The position numbers and the translations under genes were made by a program. This document shows positions 59,473 to 64,000 of a stretch of DNA of 64,000 nucleotides, one piece after another (positions within the stretch are counted from its first letter, which is position 1; the number at the start of each line of letters is the position of its first letter). The notes under the pieces are model-generated. The model was given only the letters and a program-made list of their open reading frames with translations, ran no database searches and was not told the DNA's origin. Origin of the DNA: an uncultured bacterium. Its GTDB lineage: Bacteria; Abyssobacteria; SURF-5. Where the stretch lies: assembly GCA_964607485.1 (NCBI GenBank), contig CAZSKP010000002.1, positions 82,520-146,519 on the forward strand, in the 5' to 3' direction.

Positions 59473-60408
59473 ATGAGCGCATACCTGTATCTTCCAATAG
59501 CCGGAAATAGCTTGAACCTGTTCCTGCTCGTCGGACTTGGCGGCCTCGTCGGATTTCTTTCCGGTCTGTTCGGGGTGGGAGGAGGATTCCTGCTGACACC
59601 CCTGCTCATCATGATAGGGATACCTCCGACCGTCGCCGCCGCCTCGGACTCAAACCAGATAGTGGCCGCGTCATCGTCCGGCACGTATGCGCATTGGCGG
59701 CTGGGCAACGTAGATTTCAAAATGGGGCTCTATCTGCTCGTCGGCGGAGTCGTCGGCGGGACGGTGGGAGTCCAGCTCATCAAGATACTGCGCGCCCTCG
59801 GCAACGCCGACTTCGTCATCAAGATCACATACGTCGTCATGCTCGGCGTCGTCGGCGGCTACATGTTTCAGGAAAGCCTGCGGAATCTTCGGGCCGGCAG
59901 GCGTCCGGTGGAGATCGAACCTGGAAGGGAAGTGAAAGTCTCGTGGTTCACGAGACTCAATCGGTCGCTGCCGCTGCCGACGCACTTCGAGAAATCCGGT
60001 GTCACGATGTCGCCGGTGATGCCGCTGGCCTTGGGAGTTCTTGTGGGCGTTCTGGCGGCCATCATGGGAGTCGGGGGCGGCTTCATCATGGTTCCCGTCA
60101 TGGTGTATATGCTGCGGATGCCCATGCACGTCGTCGTGGGCACCAGCCTGTTCCAGATCCTCTTTACCTGCGTGAACGTGACCTTCATGCAGGCATTTGT
60201 GAACCACACCGTCGATTTCATGCTGGCGGTGCTCCTCCTGATCGGCTCGACGATAGGCGCGCAGGTGGGCGCGCGTGTGAGCAGAAAGCTGAAGGCCGAC
60301 CAGTTGAAGATTCTGCTCGCGACCATCGTCCTTGCGGTCATGCTCAAGATGCTGACGGAACTGCTGATGAAACCCGGCATCCTCCTTTCTCTGAAGGGAG
60401 GCCATTGA
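59473..60408 (+). CDS. TauE/SafE (TSUP) family transporter
   Basis: SGLFGVGGGFLLTP and AIMGVGGGFIMVP repeats. Confidence 0.93.
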   Translation: MSAYLYLPIAGNSLNLFLLVGLGGLVGFLSGLFGVGGGFLLTPLLIMIGIPPTVAAASDSNQIVAASSSGTYAHWRLGNVDFKMGLYLLVGGVVGGTVGVQLIKILRALGNADFVIKITYVVMLGVVGGYMFQESLRNLRAGRRPVEIEPGREVKVSWFTRLNRSLPLPTHFEKSGVTMSPVMPLALGVLVGVLAAIMGVGGGFIMVPVMVYMLRMPMHVVVGTSLFQILFTCVNVTFMQAFVNHTVDFMLAVLLLIGSTIGAQVGARVSRKLKADQLKILLATIVLAVMLKMLTELLMKPGILLSLKGGH

Positions 60409-61199
60409 TGCGGTCCGTCCTGTCGAAATATGGCTTCGTCTTCGCGGCGACCTGCTTCATCTTCGTGGGCGCGTGCCGGGTTTGGGCGTCGGACAGCGAG
60501 GCCGCCCTCGAGCTTTCGTCTCAGCAGATCGAAATCGGCTCGTTCTATCACGGCACGAGCCTGACGCTGAAGGGAACCGTGCCGGCCGATTGCGGTGTCG
60601 CTCTGCTCCTGTCGGGGGAGAGAGAGAAGCAGGTGCTCAATCAGAAAGGGAGGGTCGGGCCGCTGTGGATGAACGTGGGCACGGTGACGATAACAAGCGC
60701 GCCGGAGATGTATTATCTCCTCACCTCCGGCGGCGACCTCGCGGGTTTGGCCGCGTCCGACGTTCTGGACGGGCACAGCATCGGCTACGACGCACTGCGG
60801 AAGGAAATAGCCATCGAACAGGAAGGCTCGGACCTCGATGCCACGTTCCGCGAGTTCGTGAAGCTCAAGGAAAGCATGGGGCTGTATGAGATTTCTCTGA
60901 ATTCGGTCGAGCCGCAACGTAGCGGCGGAGACTCGGCGACCTTCAAACTCTCCGTTTCCATCCCCGCGTTGGCGCCTGTCGGCGAATACAATGTCCACCT
61001 GTTCTGTTTCCGTGACGGCCGGCTCGTCTCGGATGCGGACGGCGCCTTCGTGGTAAAAAAGGTCGGGTTGCCGCAGTGGCTCTCAAGGCTTGCCTTCAAT
61101 CATGCGGCCATCTACGGCATACTTGCCATCGTTGTCGCAGTCGCCGTCGGATTGTTCATGGGTCTCCTTTTCGGCTCGAAGGGCAAAGGAGGCCATTAG
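60408..61199 (+). CDS. TIGR02186-like transmembrane protein
   Basis: Signal peptide, KGRVGPLWMN, C-terminal TM. TGATG coupling to TauE. The ORF-track start at 59694 is too far upstream. Confidence 0.85.
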   Translation: MRSVLSKYGFVFAATCFIFVGACRVWASDSEAALELSSQQIEIGSFYHGTSLTLKGTVPADCGVALLLSGEREKQVLNQKGRVGPLWMNVGTVTITSAPEMYYLLTSGGDLAGLAASDVLDGHSIGYDALRKEIAIEQEGSDLDATFREFVKLKESMGLYEISLNSVEPQRSGGDSATFKLSVSIPALAPVGEYNVHLFCFRDGRLVSDADGAFVVKKVGLPQWLSRLAFNHAAIYGILAIVVAVAVGLFMGLLFGSKGKGGH

Positions 61200-61300
61200 G
61201 TGCGGGGCTTTGAGCGCGGGAAGAGTGTGTCCTCACGGTTTACATAGCCAATGATGTCGCTTGACGAAATACGGGAAAGCGCGGCGACAAGGGGTCAGCA

Positions 61301-61708
61301 ATGGACAAGAAGATAGAAATCATGGTTCTCGACGACGAGGCAATCGTCGGCGCCCGGCTTCAGCCGTCCCTGGAAAAGGCCGGATATGTCGTCGAAAGCT
61401 TCGTGGACAGCAGGGAAGCTTTGAAGAGGCTCCGTGAGAAACGTTACGACATCGTCGTCACCGACTTGAAGATGGCGAATGTGGACGGCATGGAAATTCA
61501 CCGTTTCGCCAAGGAGCGCTGGCCCGACACGGTGGTTATCATCATCACGGGGTTTGCCACGGTCGAGACGGCGCGTGAGGCCCTGCAGAGCGGCGTGTAC
61601 GATTTCATCGCGAAGCCCTTCAAGATAAGCCACCTGCGCGAAGTGATAGAAAAGGCGGCCGCTACGATTGAAAGGCCTCGGAGCGAAAAGGGAGGGGAAT
61701 CCACTTAG
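61301..61708 (+). CDS. Stand-alone response regulator receiver
   Basis: VLDDE, VTDLKM, IITG, AKPF. Confidence 0.92.
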   Translation: MDKKIEIMVLDDEAIVGARLQPSLEKAGYVVESFVDSREALKRLREKRYDIVVTDLKMANVDGMEIHRFAKERWPDTVVIIITGFATVETAREALQSGVYDFIAKPFKISHLREVIEKAAATIERPRSEKGGEST

Positions 61709-61832
61709 GGATGGAGGGCCGCCCGGACGCTTTCCGTCCGGACTGCGCGGGTCTGCCGTGACCTGAGGCGGTCGGATGCCGCGACGACCCGCCGAGGCGG
61801 GCGAGGCGGTCTGACAGCAAGGGGGTGGATAC

Positions 61833-62657
61833 ATGTCTATCATAACCATTTCGAGGGGCACGTTCAGCGGTGGGATGATGCTGGCCGAGGAGCTGTCGAG
61901 CAGGATCGGCTACCACTGCGTCGGCAGGGAAGAGCTCGTCAAGACGACGGCGGAAAAATACGGCGTGTCGGAGGAAAAGCTCCGCAGCGCGATCCTGAAA
62001 AGGCCTTCCGCATTCAGGCGATTCACGTATGAGCGGGAACAGTACCTTGCGTACATCCAGGCGGTCTTGTGCGAGCACGCGAGCGTCGATAATATCATCT
62101 ATCACGGAAACGCGGGCCACTTCCTCCTGAAGGGGGTGCCGCATGTGTTGCGCGTGCGCATCGTCGCCCCTGTGGAGCTTCGGGTGAAGTTCGTGATGGA
62201 ACGCGAGCAGGTGTTACACGACGAGGCCGTCAAGCACATCGAGAAGGTGGACAAGGAACGAATCAAGTGGACCAAGTTCCTTTACGGGGTGGACTGGAGG
62301 TCGCCCGAGCTCTACGACATCGTCTTCAACCTGGAAACGGAGAACATCCACTTCATCAGCATGATGATTGAATATGCAGTCCAGCAGGAGCCGTTCAAAA
62401 CGACGCCGGAATCTAAAAAATTAATGGACGACCTCACGCTGAGCAGCCTGGTGAGAGCGGCGATCGCCTCAAACCCGGACACGCGAGATGCCGATATCGC
62501 CGTCAAGGCCGACGGCGGAGAGGTGAGAATCATCGGGAAGGTGAAGACACAGGAAGTCGTTGATCTGGTTCAAGGGATTGCGGAGACCGTTCCCGGTGTG
62601 AAGGAAGTGAAGAACGAGGTTATTCTCAACTACCGCTATCAGCACATTGAAACATGA
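61833..62657 (+). CDS. Cytidylate kinase-like protein with a C-terminal BON domain
   Basis: IITISRGTFSGG, LRVRIVAP, LYDIVFN. BON-like IAVKADGGEVRIIG...VPGVKEVKN. Confidence 0.85.
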   Translation: MSIITISRGTFSGGMMLAEELSSRIGYHCVGREELVKTTAEKYGVSEEKLRSAILKRPSAFRRFTYEREQYLAYIQAVLCEHASVDNIIYHGNAGHFLLKGVPHVLRVRIVAPVELRVKFVMEREQVLHDEAVKHIEKVDKERIKWTKFLYGVDWRSPELYDIVFNLETENIHFISMMIEYAVQQEPFKTTPESKKLMDDLTLSSLVRAAIASNPDTRDADIAVKADGGEVRIIGKVKTQEVVDLVQGIAETVPGVKEVKNEVILNYRYQHIET

Positions 62658-62854
62658 TTCCCCTCGCCCGGTCGCTTACGCCGCGCATTCCACTCTGCCG
62701 GGCGATGTGACTGCCGCAACCGCCTATCCGGAAATTGTACCGGCGGCCATACTCCTTCCTCTCGAGCTTCGATAGTTTCGGGATACCTTTTGTGAAGGCA
62801 GTTCGCAAGGTCAAACCCCCCTTGAATTCCCGGCGATCCGGTCACCCTTGACAT

Positions 62855-64000
62855 TTACTCCGTTCGGCTGGGGGCAAAGGTGTCAATATGGGGGAGTCGG
62901 TCTTCCAGGATGAGCATAACGGCTTTTTCGTCTCTTTGCGCGCGCAAATAGACCCTCACGGCGTATCCCAGCATGGCTATTCCAGTCCCGATTATGACAC
63001 CGTCCAGAACGGTCCACAAGCCGAAACCGAAGTAGCGAATGAGTCCCGTGCCCAGAGCTATCAGTGCGAGGCCCGTGCGGATGAAAGCGAGCAGGGTGCG
63101 TTCCTTGGCCATAATGGTTCTGTGCGACGACAGGTGCGTCCGTATGACGGCGAGGTGGTTTCGGCCTTTTGCGAGTTCCGAGCGTTCCGCTGAGTATTCG
63201 GTTCTCGTGTGGGCGAGGTCTGTGCGGGTGTCGGCGAGCGTCGTACGTCTGTCGGCCAGTTGTGTGCGCTTGTTGGCAAGCTCCGTTCGGTCCGATGCGA
63301 GCGCCGTCCGTTTGTCGGCGAGTGTCGTTCGCCTGTCGGCCAATTGAGTTCGCTTGTTGGCAAGCTCCGTTCGGTCCGACGCGAGCGCCGTCCGTTTGTC
63401 GGCGAGTGTCGTTCGCCTGTCGGCAAGCTGGGTGCGTTCCTCCGCCAGGTTCGTTCTCTTGTTCGCCAGGTCGGTTCGCCGGTTTGCCAGGCTGGTGCGG
63501 TCGTTTGCAAGTTCGGTCCGCCTCTTTGCCAGACCCGTTCGCTCGTGAGCCATCCCGGTTCGTTCTTGCGCCAGCTCCGTACTCTTGGTTGACAGTCGTG
63601 TCTGTTCACGGATCAGCTTCGTGCGCACGTCGGCCATTTCGGTCCGCTGCTGAGCGAAGGTGGTCTGTTGGTCCGCGTTATCCACCAATCGCTTCGACAT
63701 GTCGGTGCGACTCGCCGCCAGTTCGGTGCGCAGGTCCGAGTTCTCGACCAGCTTCGCATTCAATTGAGTTCGTTCGTGCGCAAGGGTGGTTTGCTTGTCG
63801 GCGTTCTCGAGCAGCGTGGCCGACATCTGGGTGCGTTCCCTGGCGAGCTGAGTGCGGAGGTCGGAATTTCCCACCAGTCGCATATTCAGTTCCGTTCGAT
63901 CACGGGCCAACTGCGTTCTCAGGTCCGAGTTCTCGACCAGTTTCACATTCAGTTTCGTTCGATCACGGGCCAACTGCGTTCTCAGGTCCGAGTTCTCGAC
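62855..64000 (-). CDS. DUF202/YidH-like membrane protein with a long heptad-repeat N-terminus (5' end off the window)
   Basis: RTIMAKERTLLAFIRTGLALI followed by two TMs, preceded by dozens of RTxLAxx heptads. The frame is open to the window edge. Confidence 0.85.
   Translation of the reverse strand, partial: VENSDLRTQLARDRTKLNVKLVENSDLRTQLARDRTELNMRLVGNSDLRTQLARERTQMSATLLENADKQTTLAHERTQLNAKLVENSDLRTELAASRTDMSKRLVDNADQQTTFAQQRTEMADVRTKLIREQTRLSTKSTELAQERTGMAHERTGLAKRRTELANDRTSLANRRTDLANKRTNLAEERTQLADRRTTLADKRTALASDRTELANKRTQLADRRTTLADKRTALASDRTELANKRTQLADRRTTLADTRTDLAHTRTEYSAERSELAKGRNHLAVIRTHLSSHRTIMAKERTLLAFIRTGLALIALGTGLIRYFGFGLWTVLDGVIIGTGIAMLGYAVRVYLRAQRDEKAVMLILEDRLPHIDTFAPSRTE

Noticed and set aside
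59694-60407. N-terminal 238-aa extension of ORF 59694..61199
   Set aside because: It overlaps TauE in another frame. The real gene starts at the TGATG overlap at 60408.

Overview
Bacterial chromosome segment, mostly GC-rich, probably from an anaerobe (hcp, nfnAB, B12 mutase). The taxon cannot be assigned from sequence alone. (1) 1-13.7 kb: a minus-strand head-to-tail array of six Hanks-type Ser/Thr kinase genes (five kinase/TolB_N-like/TPR, one kinase-only), followed by a truncated alpha/beta-hydrolase-led gene. The array shows conserved ATGA-overlap junctions, relic kinase starts and a clearly chimeric member. (2) 14-20 kb: oxidative/nitrosative stress genes (msrAB, hcp, DUF6448-like, ric, DUF488) and an MFS transporter. 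(3) An Xre-metallopeptidase/PIN-like pair. (4) Housekeeping operons: carboxyltransferase-BCCP-methylmalonyl-CoA mutase, and moeA-mobB-nfnAB-mobA-moaA-5-FCL. (5) 37.6-40.7 kb: an integrase-less integron-like remnant with an attI-like site, a canonical 72-bp attC and two lower-GC cassette genes (a Cys-repeat secreted protein and a TIR-domain protein). It sits next to about 800 bp of mosaic non-coding repeat DNA. (6) TetR/SnoaL, greA and cell-surface modification genes (MBOAT, sulfatase-like gene with an in-frame TGA, fcl, MTase-GT2, YfhO, MMPL). (7) A kinase/TauE/TIGR02186/REC/CMK-BON cluster and a truncated DUF202 protein with a long heptad-repeat stalk. No rRNA, tRNA, CRISPR array, transposase or integrase was recognised. 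All family calls come from motif recognition by eye, not from database searches.
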